A stretch of 64,000 nucleotides of DNA from Paraspadella gotoi (GCA_051294375.1 CM119264.1:24825316-24889315); one strand, 5' to 3'. Counted from the stretch's first letter, positions 41,460-53,500 are shown. Notes: generated from the letters alone by a model not told the origin. Numbers and translations: made by a program.

Positions 41460-41981
41460 ATTAGCGCCGAACAGCGCGACTCTAATTTCGAGGGGTTTTT
41501 TTCTCCCCTTAATTCAGTTGAGACGTCAAATGAGCAGAATTCACCACTGAAGCAGCTCTCCAATTTCCAATAATGAAATAGGCCGAACGGAAATTTAGCT
41601 GATTAATTATTTTCTCCGAATAAATTAAATTTAAGGAAAAAAAATTTCAAAAAAGGGGTGGGGGAAACGGCTCTAGCTTTTTTTTTTCGGCGAATCGCAT
41701 TAACGGGAGGAAAAAAAAGTGAATTTGAATTAATAATTTTTAGACGTCATTGGATTATCAGAACAAAAGAGTTTAATATGCGAATATATGAATATATTTG
41801 GAAATGAATATGAATAGTACCCATTTGGAGGTTTTGAATGCGCTGACAAGTGAAAAGAATTTTTGACTGATACGAAGATGTCTTCTGTATCATAATGATA
41901 TTACTATTGTTTATTCATAATTACATTTATCCTTGATGTAGCAATTTTAATAAATCTATTATTATCATATTTCAATTAAAC

Positions 41982-41982
<1 letters not shown>

Positions 41983-42071
<89 letters not shown>

Positions 42072-42231
42072 TTAATAATAATATTAATAATAATATTAAT
42101 AATAATAATATCAATAATTATCATAATTCTTAATTATGAAGGTCTTAATATTATCATTATTAAGCTTATTATTTTCATCATCATAATTATCATTAACTTT
42201 TAATTCATATTATTATTGTTATTACATTATA

Positions 42232-42308
<77 letters not shown>
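41983..42308. repeat. (AAT)n tract followed by an opposing (ATT)n tract
   Basis: (AAT)n at ~41983-42068 and (ATT)n at ~42232-42308. Confidence 0.9.
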
Positions 42309-42309
<1 letters not shown>

Positions 42310-42361
42310 ATTAATATATGTATATATAATAATATTAATATAATAAATATTACTTTTCCAG

Positions 42362-42521
42362 GCTGAAAAGCTCCTCCGTGAGACTTTGGGCGAGGAATCG
42401 GCGAATATTTTGACGAAGGGCGACGTCTATCGGAAGTCGAATCAAAACCAGACGACGTGGGCGGATCTCCCGACCGAGTGCAAGGCTAACATTTTCTCCT
42501 ACTTAACAATCTTTGACAAAG
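42362..42521 (+). CDS. F-box gene exon (N-terminal half of the F-box)
   Basis: ttttccag|GCT...AAAG|gtgag; AEKLLRE...WADLPTECKANIFSYLTIFDK. Confidence 0.85.
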
Positions 42522-43083
42522 GTGAGTCGTTTAAGATCAAACAAACTTTGTTCAGCGAACATCCTCTCCTATTTTACAAAGTAAGTTGCTGTAGTGCTAG
42601 GCTAACATCCTCTTGTGCATGATTATGTTTGATGAAGGGAAGTTATTTGAGTGATAAGCTCATAATGTCCTCTCTTAGTTGACAATCTTTGTCAAAGTTG
42701 ATAGTTCAAAGCTACTGTCTTCTTTACTGCTAGTTAACTTTCTTTGAGAGATGTACATAGTAAAAATATTTATTTTAATTGTCATTTCATACAACTCAGG
42801 AAAATACGCTGTGATAAACCGAGAATGGCGCGACCTGCTCTACGCTCCGGGAATGTGGCCGAGGATCGAGTTGAGCGACTTCAACATTTGTCGCGGAATC
42901 GTCTCCAGTTACTTCGGCAACACGACGGGCGGATTCACGCCGAGAACCTGTCATCACACGGGGTGCCAAACCATCGCCCACAGGTGTGAACGCGTCGTGA
43001 AAAATGAGATGGACGAGATGTTAATTGGTGCGGGGGCACGTTGACCTTTATAGAGCAGAGAGAGAGTGGGGAGGGGGGGGGAG

Positions 43084-43122
<39 letters not shown>

Positions 43123-44462
43123 AGAGAGAGAAGAGAGAGAGAGAGGAGAGAGAGAGAAGAGAGAGAGAGAGAAATAATGAGAAAAGAAAGAGAGAGAGAG
43201 AGTAAAGGGAAAAAGTTCGATTAGCTTAACGTGATTTTATAACATTAAATATCATCTATTAAGTAATTTTTTTAAACTATCTATAATACAAGTAAGTTCA
43301 ATTCCAAAGCTATTTCGTTATTTCTTCGACCAGTTACGAATTGGAAAAGAGCCCGAATGGATTCATTCAATCAATCAATCCAATCCCTTTCTGAAAATCC
43401 ACTCAGGCGAATGGGTCAATACCTGGACTTTCTGACGAACATCGTCCGTCCTTGTCCCAAAAGCGTCGCCTTCGATTTGGACATTTACAGTTGGAACTTC
43501 GCCACCGGAATTCGCTGGGCAGATTATCTCAGCAGTTTTTTCGAGGTGAGACAATTGAATGCGAATGCGATGTTGAGTTAAAGAATTTTTCGGGAAATTT
43601 TGACAGAATGTTTAACATTTAAAATTTTCCGCGAAAGAATTAATCAAGATAACTAGTTATCTAAATATCANNNNNNNNNNNNNNNNNNNNNNNNNNNNNN
43701 NNNNNNNNNNNNNNNNNNNNNNNNNNNNNNNNNNNNNNNNNNNNNNNNNNNNNNNNNNNNNNNNNNNNNNNNNNNNNNNNNNNNNNNNNNNNNNNNNNNN
43801 NNNNNNNNNNNNNNNNNNNNNNNNNNNNNNNNNNNNNNNNNNNNNNNNNNNNNNNNNNNNNNNNNNNNNNNNNNNNNNNNNNNNNNNNNNNNNNNNNNNN
43901 NNNNGAAAGAAAGAAAGAAAGAAAGAAAAAAAGAAAAGAAAAAAGATAGAAAGAAAAAAAAGAAGAAAAAAAGAAATACTACACATAAAGCAGGAGAAAG
44001 GAAAATAAAAAAAAGAGAAAAAAAGAGACAGAAATAATATAGTAAATCTAGAAAAGATGAGAAATGATTGAATTTTTATGCAAAACCGATGGAACGTCTC
44101 TTCAAAGACGCCTCCTACTTCGATCCTCAGGTCAACATCGACAACGGCTTCCACGTGNNNNNNNNNNNNNNNNNNNNNNNNNNNNNNNNNNNNNNNNNNN
44201 NNNNNNNNNNNNNNNNNNNNNNNNNNNNNNNNNNNNNNNNNNNNNNNNNNNNNNNNNNNNNNNNNNNNNNNNNNNNNNNNNNNNNNNNNNNNNNNNNNNN
44301 NNNNNNNNNNNNNNNNNNNNNNNAAAGCTTGGTATGTATTTATCCACGTGCCATTAATGACACGCTACGTTCAGTAGACCGTATGGAAATTTAAAGAGTC
44401 AATCATGAACCACATTCTACCAGTTAACATTACAAAATTTGTAAAAAAAATAATATGTTTAA

Positions 44463-44538
<76 letters not shown>

Positions 44539-46245
44539 TAATGTTCGTTCTTAACTCTAACATCTTCGATTCAAAATAAATTTAAAAGGTCACCGGATTA
44601 GTCTAAAACGCTTTAAGATTAACTATCTCTTGTCAAGTCGACTTTATCCTTTAAAGCTTTTCGCATCTACGGTTAATTAATTAACGGTTTAATCTTCTCA
44701 ACCTACCTACTTTTGATCATATCTTTGCAATTTATGTTCGTAAGAATTCTAAGCCTTTGACCATCCCATTCGCGGCTAAATCCGTTACTCTATCTAACGT
44801 CCCCCTCCGGGCCACCACCCCCACCTTTCTTCTCCAGGAAATTCCCTTCGACTGGTCCGACAAATCTGTCCCCAACCTGAGCAGACTGACTCGACTCCGA
44901 TCCCTCTTCATGGACACCGGTTTGTTCTTGAGGAGTCTGCCCCAGGATCAAGTGGATCACGTCCTCTCGTCTCTAGTCCATCTCAAGGTGAGTTCAAGTG
45001 AGGTCATATTTTCTTGAAAAAAAAAAGCGCCCGTTTTCAGCTTATATTCACAATTAGGTAAGTTTTTGAGGTTAAAAGTTAGGTTACGGGGTTGAGGATA
45101 GGATTAAGTTAGGGATATGGGTGAAAGGTTAGATTAGGGATTGAGTTATAGATTTGATTAAGGAATAAGGGTAAGGGATTCGGGTTAGAGATTAGCTTAA
45201 AGTTCGGTATTGAGCTAAGTATTTGGTAGGTAGGAGATCGGGGTTAAATATTTGGGTTAAAATTAGGAGCAGAAACGGAATATAGTTAAATAAATAAAGT
45301 TAAAAAATCGTCCATCTCTCAATCGGCCTTGCATCTGTCATCTCTCTTTGCCAGGCTCTGCATCTGTCGGAGCGATGTCCGGTGCAGTGGGGATACAACA
45401 TTTACGACATCAAGTCCATGTCGCTGGAACTTCTCGACGTGAGTTGAAGAAAGGGAATTTGTGAAATCTTTATTGAGTAAAATGTCTATCTTATTGCGAT
45501 TTTTCGACTCATTGCTGACTTCCCCGACTTCAGATCAGCCAATCGAACGGACTGTTCCTCGGAACCGTCGACACTCCGCGACTCACGACACTCCTCATGC
45601 AACGCCCGACCCATTTGATGCGCATTCAGGTTTGATATATATATAGTAGTATATAGTATATACTATATAGTAGTAGCGGCGTTGTTAACTTTTGAGATTG
45701 ACGGAGCTAAATTGCAAACAACTTCGTACTTTTTTTTAGGCGGCCATCCCTTGTTTGCACAAAGTTCTCCGTCAAGGAGCTCCCAGGTGATGAATGATGT
45801 AAAGTTATTATAAAAGTTATTCATTTATTTAATAATTCTATTATTTTTTGAATTTTTAATGATAATTATTTATCAATTTATTTATTTATTATTATATTTA
45901 TATATTTTTTTGTTTTTTTAGTAATTGATTGATGGATTTACTTATTGCAAAGATGGTTAGCTAACCTTGCTTTAATGAAATATATTCTATCTTCAGGCTG
46001 AAAAACCTGAACGCCTTCGTTCTGGATTCCTCTCCTTGGGAAGAAGGAAAGAAGTCGATCGGTGAGAAAAAAAAACGAATTATTTACCTCAATATTAAAA
46101 TTTGATAATAATTTTGTGTCTTTATTATTTTGTATTTTCCGAAACAGTTGCGCACCAAGGATGTTGGTCGTTTAGTTTCGATGCGGAAACGATTTTCAAA
46201 AAACTTTGCTCATGCAGTTTTCACAGAGGACACTGGCGCGATTAA
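42362..46245 (+). CDS. F-box / LRR-like protein, multi-exon, 5' partial, with exon(s) probably lost in gaps
   Basis: GT-AG exons at 42362-42521, 42800-42983, 43407-43545, (44078-44157 uncertain), 44838-44987, 45355-45438, 45534-45629, 45740-45786, 45997-46061 and 46148-46245, with compatible phases between adjacent exons. F-box motif WADLPTECKANIFSYLTIFDKGKYAVINREWRDLLYAPGMW is spliced across exons 1-2; LxxLxL repeats (LSRLTRLRSL, LVHLKALHL, SLELLDI, RLKNLN); ends LCSCSFHRGHWRD*. Confidence 0.85.
42800..42983 (+). CDS. F-box gene exon (C-terminal half of the F-box)
   Basis: ctcag|GAAAA...CACAG|gtgtg; GKYAVINREWRDLLYAPGMWPRIELSDF... Confidence 0.82.
43407..43545 (+). CDS. F-box gene exon
   Basis: ctcag|GCGA...GAG|gtgag; RMGQYLDFLTNIVRPCPKSVAFDLDIYSW...; phase matches the previous exon. 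Confidence 0.8.
44838..44987 (+). CDS. F-box gene exon (LRR-like)
   Basis: cttctccag|GAA...AAG|gtgag; EIPFDWSDKSVPNLSRLTRLRSLFMDT...LVHLK. Confidence 0.78.
45355..45438 (+). CDS. F-box gene exon
   Basis: tttgccag|GCT...GAC|gtgag; ALHLSERCPVQWGYNIYDIKSMSLELLD. Confidence 0.78.
45534..45629 (+). CDS. F-box gene exon
   Basis: cttcag|ATC...CAG|gtttg; ISQSNGLFLGTVDTPRLTTLLMQRPTHLMRIQ. Confidence 0.75.
45740..45786 (+). CDS. F-box gene exon
   Basis: tttttag|GCG...CAG|gtgat; AAIPCLHKVLRQGAPR. Confidence 0.72.
45997..46061 (+). CDS. F-box gene exon
   Basis: cttcag|GCTG...ATCG|gtgag; LKNLNAFVLDSSPWEEGKKSI. Confidence 0.75.
46148..46245 (+). CDS. F-box gene terminal exon
   Basis: aacag|TTGCG...TAA; VAHQGCWSFSFDAETIFKKLCSCSFHRGHWRD*. 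Confidence 0.72.
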
Positions 46246-46728
46246 CAAAGGACATCGGCCCCAGTGATTCTTACAAAAGAAATAAGATTTTCTTACTTGT
46301 TAAAAAAAAAACACAAAAAAAAACAAGCTGCGAGGTTTCTCCCTCTGCAAGCTTTCAGCCAAGCATTTTGGCTTTTCTGTCGAACCGTATGCTTACTTTC
46401 TTTGTCGGACTCTTCCCGCCGAATGCTAACTTACTTTTGTTTAATGATTAATTCGTATTGAATGGAAAAATAGTTGTAGTAGCTAGTACGAAGACACGTG
46501 TTAATCTTTTAAGAATAAACAGATTGTTTTCGCGACAACTGTTTCTCGTTGTGTTCTATCGCAATGCTTTGTTTTTGTAACGACTCAGTGATAAGTAAAG
46601 TATTCCAATGAAACAATCATGTTGTCGACCGAAATGAGTTATAACTATTTTTTTTTTTCAGCAAGACCGAAAAAACGAATACAATTTCAGTTAGTTCGGA
46701 ATCAACTGGTGTAAAAAGTCAATTGAAA

Positions 46729-47393
46729 GTTTTATGGTGGACTAAAATCCACCAACCGTTCAACAGCGGCCATTTGGTGCCGGAGGCAAGTCATTCGCCT
46801 CCCAACCCAAAGGTCCGGGGTTCTAGCCCGTTTGTCGTCCTGCAGTTAGAGGACGGGGCGCTTAAGCCGCCTGTAACATGGTGTTACAGCCTGATCCGAA
46901 GGCTCAGGGACTGCTTATATTGAACGGTTCTGTCATTAACACTTCATCACATATTACTGTCTCTTCATTGGTGTAGCCCGGACTGTCCGAACACAACAGC
47001 ATACAACAACACTTTCAGTGCGACATGCCTCAAACCTGGCGATGCACTTTCCGCCCACCAACACCTAGGCAACATGCCTCAACTGGTGACGAACTTTCCA
47101 CCAACAACAATTCACTGAAGAGACGCAACAGACTTCTCCTACGGGAGGGGGGGATGTATGGTGGACTAAAATCCACCACACGTTCATCAGCGGCCATGTG
47201 GTGCCGGAGGCAAGTCATTCCCTCCACACCAAAGGTCCGGGGTTCTAGCCCGGTGGTCGTCTGGCAGTTAAGAGGACGGGGCGCTTTAACCCGCCTGTAA
47301 CATGGTGTTACAGCCTGATCCGAAGCTCAGGGACTGCTTATATTGAACGGTTCTGTCATTAACACTTATCAATAATTACTGTCTCTTCAGTTT
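46729..47393 (+). mobile_element. Non-autonomous miniature LTR retrotransposon (TRIM) with tRNA-like sequence in both LTRs (Helenus-type)
   Basis: Direct repeats at 46733-46967 and 47155-47389 (3' copy TG...CA); PBS-like TGGTGTAGCCCGG at 46969; PPT GGGAGGGGGGGA at 47143-47154; GTTT on both flanks (46729-46732, 47390-47393). Confidence 0.85.
47190..47261 (+). other. tRNA-like module with Pol III A/B boxes inside the 3' LTR (second copy ~46769-46840); not called as a functional tRNA
   Basis: About 72 nt; acceptor-like stem GCGGCCA/TGGTCGT, A-box-like TGGTGCCGGAGG, B-box-like GGTTCTAGCCC, T-arm-like CCGGG/CCCGG. Confidence 0.65.
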
Positions 47394-48977
47394 CTTATTT
47401 AACTAGATAAGAAACAAATCCGTTGCACAATTTAAAACAAGTTACTTTTGGATTTAACCATTGAAGTTACACACTCAAAAACAAAAAAACACTAAAGATT
47501 TTGTAATTTTTATATTATCAATTTAAATACTAAGATTACTGTAATGACGATCGCGCTAAGAAGATCCTATGCCACAAAGTAAAAACTTTGTATCCGATAG
47601 ATTAAATGAAAAAAAAAATTTAAGGAATAGATGAATAAAAGAAAATTTAAAACAATTTAAAAAGATTTAAAAAAAAAAAATTAGCTTGACGACATTAGGA
47701 AAATTTAAAAAAAACATTCAGTTTAATTCTAACGAGGTTCAAATGTAGTAAAAATAGCACAAAAATCCATTCTCAAATCATTTCTTCAAAGAATTCTCTT
47801 CAAAATATATTTACTTCCTTTTTTTCGATCATTCGATCTTCCGATCCTCTCCTAAAGTCTCGATTCCGGTTTCGCTCAATCTTCACATCTAAAAAAAGTC
47901 ACATTCGTCACCAAGTCACTCACTTTTGTTCTTTTTCGGTCCCTCGGTTTACGATCAGATTCGACGGGAGCAACGAAGACCGATGACTCATGGTTTTGTA
48001 TAACGAGATGACAAATGCGGATTCGACGACAATTTTACGCCTAATTTTCTGACTTTCTTTTAACTTCCCGGATTTTATTTTTCAAGAACCCGAAATATGA
48101 AAGGCGTTCATTCGTTCCCAGGAGGATTCTTTTAAGTTGATTTATGAGTATATTAGTGTATTAATTATATTATATATGATGATGTAACAATGATTTAGTA
48201 GTGTTTTGAATCAGGCAGCGCTCAAGGTTCTCGGCCGAACTAACGCAGAATTGGGATTATTATTTTGTAAGAGAAACTAAAATCGAACTAGAGCAAGTCT
48301 TTACACGGTACGTATTTTTATCAGAGCCGAGCATTTGGCGATGAGAGTATTAATTATTGACAAAATAAAAATGAAAATATTTCGATAAAAAACCAAATAG
48401 TGTCCGAAGCGGAGCGAAGAGGAACGTTTGCTTACTAGCGAATCTGCAGTGTTCTTTTTTTTTTCTACACTCGCGAGAGAAGTTTCCCTCTTGTATTAAA
48501 TAATGCAAACAAGGTTTGTGTTTTGTTTTGACTTCTATATTTAAAACTAATTATTGAGAATTATTAACAATTGTATAAATATAACACAATGGTAATAGGT
48601 AGGCAAATGAATAAAATTAGGCAGAAATAAGAAAGTAACTGCAATTATGCACAGGCTTGAGATTCAAAAGGACATATGCAACTTGACGAATAAGCAGATT
48701 TGTTTCCTAGTTTTGGGACGAGATCGACTCTCTCTCTCTCTCTCTCTCTGCTCTCTCCCTCTTCTCTCTCCTCCTCTACTCTCTCTCTCTCTCTCTTCAT
48801 TGCTCCTCTCTCTCTCCTTCTCTCTCTCTTCTCTCTCTCTCTCTCTACTTGTTCATCTCTCCTTGCTTTTCTCTTTTCAAACTCTTCTTTTGCTGTCAAT
48901 AAAGGTCTGTCGCCGCTTATTTTTTTTCGATCTTTTCTCTTTTGAAAAGTCACGACTGCCTCATGGCTTCACCAGGC

Positions 48978-49165
48978 CTACAAAGAGATTCGCTTGCAGC
49001 AGAGTTGTCTTCGACAGGGACGCCTGGCGCCGCCGCAACTAGGACAGAGCGGATTCCTGTTGTCCCAACGAACGATCTCGACGCCATCTCTGTCCGATTC
49101 GCAGTCACCGAATGCGCATGCGCCGATTCCTTCTTGCCAACAGACGGCGAGATCGACCAAGCGAG
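48978..49165 (-). CDS. Exon 2 of the putative secreted precursor: 8-Cys C-terminal domain
   Basis: Polypyrimidine acceptor cttccttttag|CT, phase-compatible with exon 1; ARLVDLAVCWQEGIGACAFGDCESDRDGVEIVRWDNRNPLCPSCGGARRPCRRQLCCKRISL*. Confidence 0.65.
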
Positions 49166-49452
49166 CTAAAAGGAAGGGAGAGAGGGAGAGAAGAGGAATG
49201 TGATGAGATATATCGACTGAGAATGTTACAGTTTTAGTATAATGAAAAAAATACCTATCTCTTTCCAAAGTCAGTGAATTGGCGCTGTCAATTTCACTTA
49301 CCGTCTGTTCCCGCTTGGATCTTTTCTCACCACCACGCATCAAAAGTCTAAACTTACAGTCCTTCCGATGTAACTTACCATCCTCATTCCTCAGTCAAGT
49401 TTACTTTCCGTTTTTACGAAGAAATGGAATTCCATCTTCAAATGCCACTTAC

Positions 49453-50005
49453 CATCTTCGGTCTGCCAAATTGTTCCTTCCATCCTCCTCGCCCCATTTC
49501 GCCTCAGTTCGTCCTCCATCTTTTTCCTCAGACTCGATCTTCGCTGTCGACTTCGTCGTCGTCGTGACGTGACGTTCATTTCGCGGCGCCGAAATAAACG
49601 CCGCTCGACCGGCGCCGTTTCCGTCTCTCGCGTCCAACCCGGCGTTATTTCCGAGTCCCGGGTGAACAGCGGCAGGAATCCATCTTCCTTTGATTCTGTT
49701 TCCCAGAGCAGAATCAGCGGAGAGTGCACCGGCGTCACTTTCGCTTCTCGGCGTCGATTTTCCGCCTCCTGGTCCAAAACCGACGTCGAGGCTTCGTCTT
49801 CCCATTCACGGCTCCAATGAGGCCGAGCTGAGCTTCCCCGTCGCCCTGCGATTCCGGCGCGGCGTGCTCTTTGAAAAAGTGGCGCCCTTCGATTTGAGGG
49901 CGCTGCGAGATCAGACCAGGCGCTCAAGGCGCCTAAAACCCTGAGTTCGTTTCCAATCGTAGCGAAGAAGAAGACAAAAAGGGAAAGTTCGGCAGATAAG
50001 GACAT
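49453..50005 (-). CDS. Exon 1 of a putative secreted precursor (signal peptide plus Arg-rich pro-region)
   Basis: ATG at 50005; hydrophobic MSLSAELSLFVFFFATIG; multiple RR/RxxR sites; ends at a consensus donor G|GTAAGT in phase 1. Confidence 0.6.
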
Positions 50006-53000
50006 CGTGGGAAAATTGCAATGAGATCGCTGTTGTTGTCCTAGTTTCTGTTGTTAATTTTTTTCTTGTGTACTTTGTATGTGTATTTATATCTTCAATT
50101 GTTTATAAGGCATTTATTTTACGGTTCTACTTTGCAATCGCTTTTCGATTTCTAAAGTAACTTTTGATTTCTAACTAAACCCGGTCCATTTTTATACTAG
50201 ATTACTTTTCAAAGTATTTCGTTTTACTCAGTGGACTTTTACGGGTGTTTGACGGGGGTTTTTAATTCGGACATTCGAACTTCAAATTGGAGACATCGTA
50301 AGAGACGTTTGAACATTATTTTTAAGAATTTTCGTTACATCCAGTTTTAGTGCGTAAGATTAAAAGGTTTTCATGACTATCGAAAGTTTAATTTTGCGCA
50401 CTTTTGTCACTTTTTCATTTTTAACAAATTTTCTATAAATCTTAATTTATAACAGAAATTCGGAAGTTTAAGTTTAACGAACGATAAAATCCGAAATGAA
50501 GGCCCCTAGATATTTTATTCGGTGAAATATGACGTAGTTCATTTTCATTGCGAAGGAATCGATGACACAAACGACAAATATATGACGAACAAGAACGAAT
50601 GCTATCTTGATTTTCATTAGTCACATCAAGTTTCGCATACGAAACCAGTTTCTGGCTGCCGACAATTTTTGTGGTTGTGAGAAACTGAAAACTGGGAGAC
50701 CCAGGTTCGCGGTTCGTCATGGAATTCGGTGCCATCGTTGTCAAGGAATCGTAGTTGTCTTTAAGGCCAAAGAGGTTGTTGTCGTAATGGATCCGGCACG
50801 TCAAGTTGTTAGTGGTTCAAAGTAGTGTTCGAAACCGTTAACTGTTAACTGTTATTAACGTTAAAAAATTTTTCACTTTAACGCGTTATTATATTTATTT
50901 TGAACGTTGAAATTCGGTTAATTTTTTCAAATGTGATTTTTTTCATTTTTTTGGTATGGAAATCTTTAAATTTAAAAAAATTTAATAATAGAATTTTTTA
51001 CTGTTTCTCTTATTCTCCCCGTCTCCCCGCTTCTTACCATTATTTTACCCCTTGCTCTCTCTTCTCCACTTTTTTCTTGTTGTTATTTTTTTTTCTTTCC
51101 TAATCTCTCTCTTCCTCAAACATTATTTATCTCCTCGGAGGCTATGTTCACATTTCTTTTTCTTTCTCACTTCCCCTTTTCTTTCCCCCTTTCTTATTTT
51201 GGCTCCATTTTTTCGCCCTTTTGATTTTACCTTTTTCCATTTTTTTTGCCATTTCGAGGTGCGGAATAATATATATTCAATTTCGCAAAAAATAAATAAT
51301 CCCTCTTATTTTACTTTTTCTCTCTTTTTCTTTCCTTCTTAAAACGATTCAAGAAGAAATGAAAATAAAACCAAATGAATAAAAATTAATAAAACCAAAT
51401 GGAATAAAAAAAAAATTATTTTAAAAATTTTAAAATTAATAATGAAGAATGAAAATGATTAAAAAAAGACATATAAAAAAGAATAATGATTGATATTACT
51501 TTAAACTAAAAATTAAATTGTATTTAAATCATCAATAAATATTTTGATCAATCGATAAATCAAACTGTTCTTATCAATAAATTAAAATAGTAAAAGTAAC
51601 AATAGTAAAGGTAAGGTTTGATTTAACGTCAGGAACTTGACCTTGGTCCAAATGTCAGTTTTCATGTCGCGGTTGTTGTGGCTAGGGTTTATATGGGTGT
51701 ATGAGTCAATGACCAAAATTGGTCATAGTTTATGAAAGAACTATAATCAACAGAGAAACAAGGCTCGTTTATAAGACCGACTAACAACTTTACAAAAATT
51801 AATGAGGAGAGAAAGAAGATAGAAGAAAGATAAAAGAGAATAAGCAAAAGAGAGAAATAGAAAACAAAAACTATTAGAATTAGAATTTTGAATTAGGTAT
51901 CACTTTCGTTTCGTTGTGATGAGATTTTAGACAAAAATATTGATTGTTGTTACAACAACAATATAATTTGAACCATAAACAATAGTGTTCGACTCTGTTT
52001 CAAGTCTTTATCAGCGCATTCAGAGAGGAAGACCAGAGTTAAAGAGAAATTTACCACTTAAATACATATAGTAGTTTATTTAAATCTTATAATTAAATTT
52101 AAAGTAAATTATAAATTAACCGATACTTAACGGTTAACCGTTAAAGTTAGTCTTTAACGAGTAAAATTTAATGCGAATTTGGCGCTAAAAAAATTAGGAC
52201 GTGTTATCGGAACTTTGTTCAAAAGGTAAAGGCTTAAAAGAAATAAATACATTGACAACAAAAAGACGGTTAGTTTCACTTTAACTAGTTAACCATTTCA
52301 TGCTACTTTTTTTTAAACGATGGGGCGAGGATAAGACTTAAACAACGTGGATATTCCGGGAGTGTCAACGTGCAAGCCGATGAGTTAAAAAATAACCTAG
52401 ACGGAATTATAAATTCCCATTCCAACCTCGGAATGATATTTTTTTTATTAATCACATGCGCTAAGCCTTAATAAACAAAATATTTAAAAAAGTTTGAAAC
52501 TGGTTTTTTGGGTGAACAAATAATGTAGACTTGATTGAAAGTGACTTGTTCATGAATATTTTTAAAAAAAGGACCATATATGGCCTAGAGATAATATGCT
52601 TTTGGGCCTAAATTAGGCCCTAATTAAGTTCGAACGTCATAAAGTTCTAATCGGTAGAAAGACGTCAGCGTCCCGAAATGACTGAGGCGGAGGCGGACAT
52701 TCGAGAACGAAATCCGAATTCAAAGAAATCAAATTAATAATCGAGAAAGAATGATCGGCATTAATGTTTTATTGATATAAAATCGCACGGGTATAAGAAT
52801 TTTCGAGAACAGAATTTGACGAGTAAGAAATCCAGTCCCAATTCTNNNNNNNNNNNNNNNNNNNNNNNNNNNNNNNNNNNNNNNNNNNNNNNNNNNNNNN
52901 NNNNNNNNNNNNNNNNNNNNNNNNNNNNNNNNNNNNNNNNNNNNNNNNNNNNNNNNNNNNNNNNNNNNNNNNNNNNNNNNNNNNNNNNNNNNNNNNNNNN

Positions 53001-53185
53001 NNNNNNNNNNNNNNNNNNNNNNNNNNNNNNNNNNNNNNNNNNNNNNNNNNNNNNNNNNNNNNNNNNNNNNNNNNNNNNNNNNNNNNNNNNNNNNNNNNNN
53101 NNNNNNNNNNNNNNNNNNNNNNNNNNNNNTCTCGAAAACTAAATTTATAAGTTATTATTACTCAACAATTTTCTGGGATTAATTA

Positions 53186-53500
53186 AAAACAATATCGGTT
53201 CAACCAATGTGTTGTGCCGCAGTGACTTTGTTTTCACGTGTATTTCTCGTGACATGACATGACATGTCATTACGCGACATGAATACAATAACTTTCTTAG
53301 CCTGTGTATTTATGACGCGCACTGAATCGGAAATCCGTCTTTTATTCTTTAGAGTTTTAAGATTTAGGCGGAGTTAGCAACTTAGCAATCCATCAGATTT
53401 GAGATTTTTTTCTGTCGTAACAAATGAACGATTAGCTTTAGCCAAAATATGTACATTTTAAACGTAAGTGGGACAAACCGACGGACAGACATACCGACCG
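53186..53500 (-). mobile_element. Second copy of the HINE-like family in opposite orientation, truncated by a gap
   Basis: Reverse-complement matches to 61970-62045 and 62320-62390; GACGGACAGAC microsatellite-like stretch at the gap edge. Confidence 0.55.

Noticed and set aside
46769-47261. Two functional tRNA genes or two independent SINEs
   Set aside because: The anticodon arms differ between copies and fold poorly; the PBS, PPT and TSD context fits LTRs better
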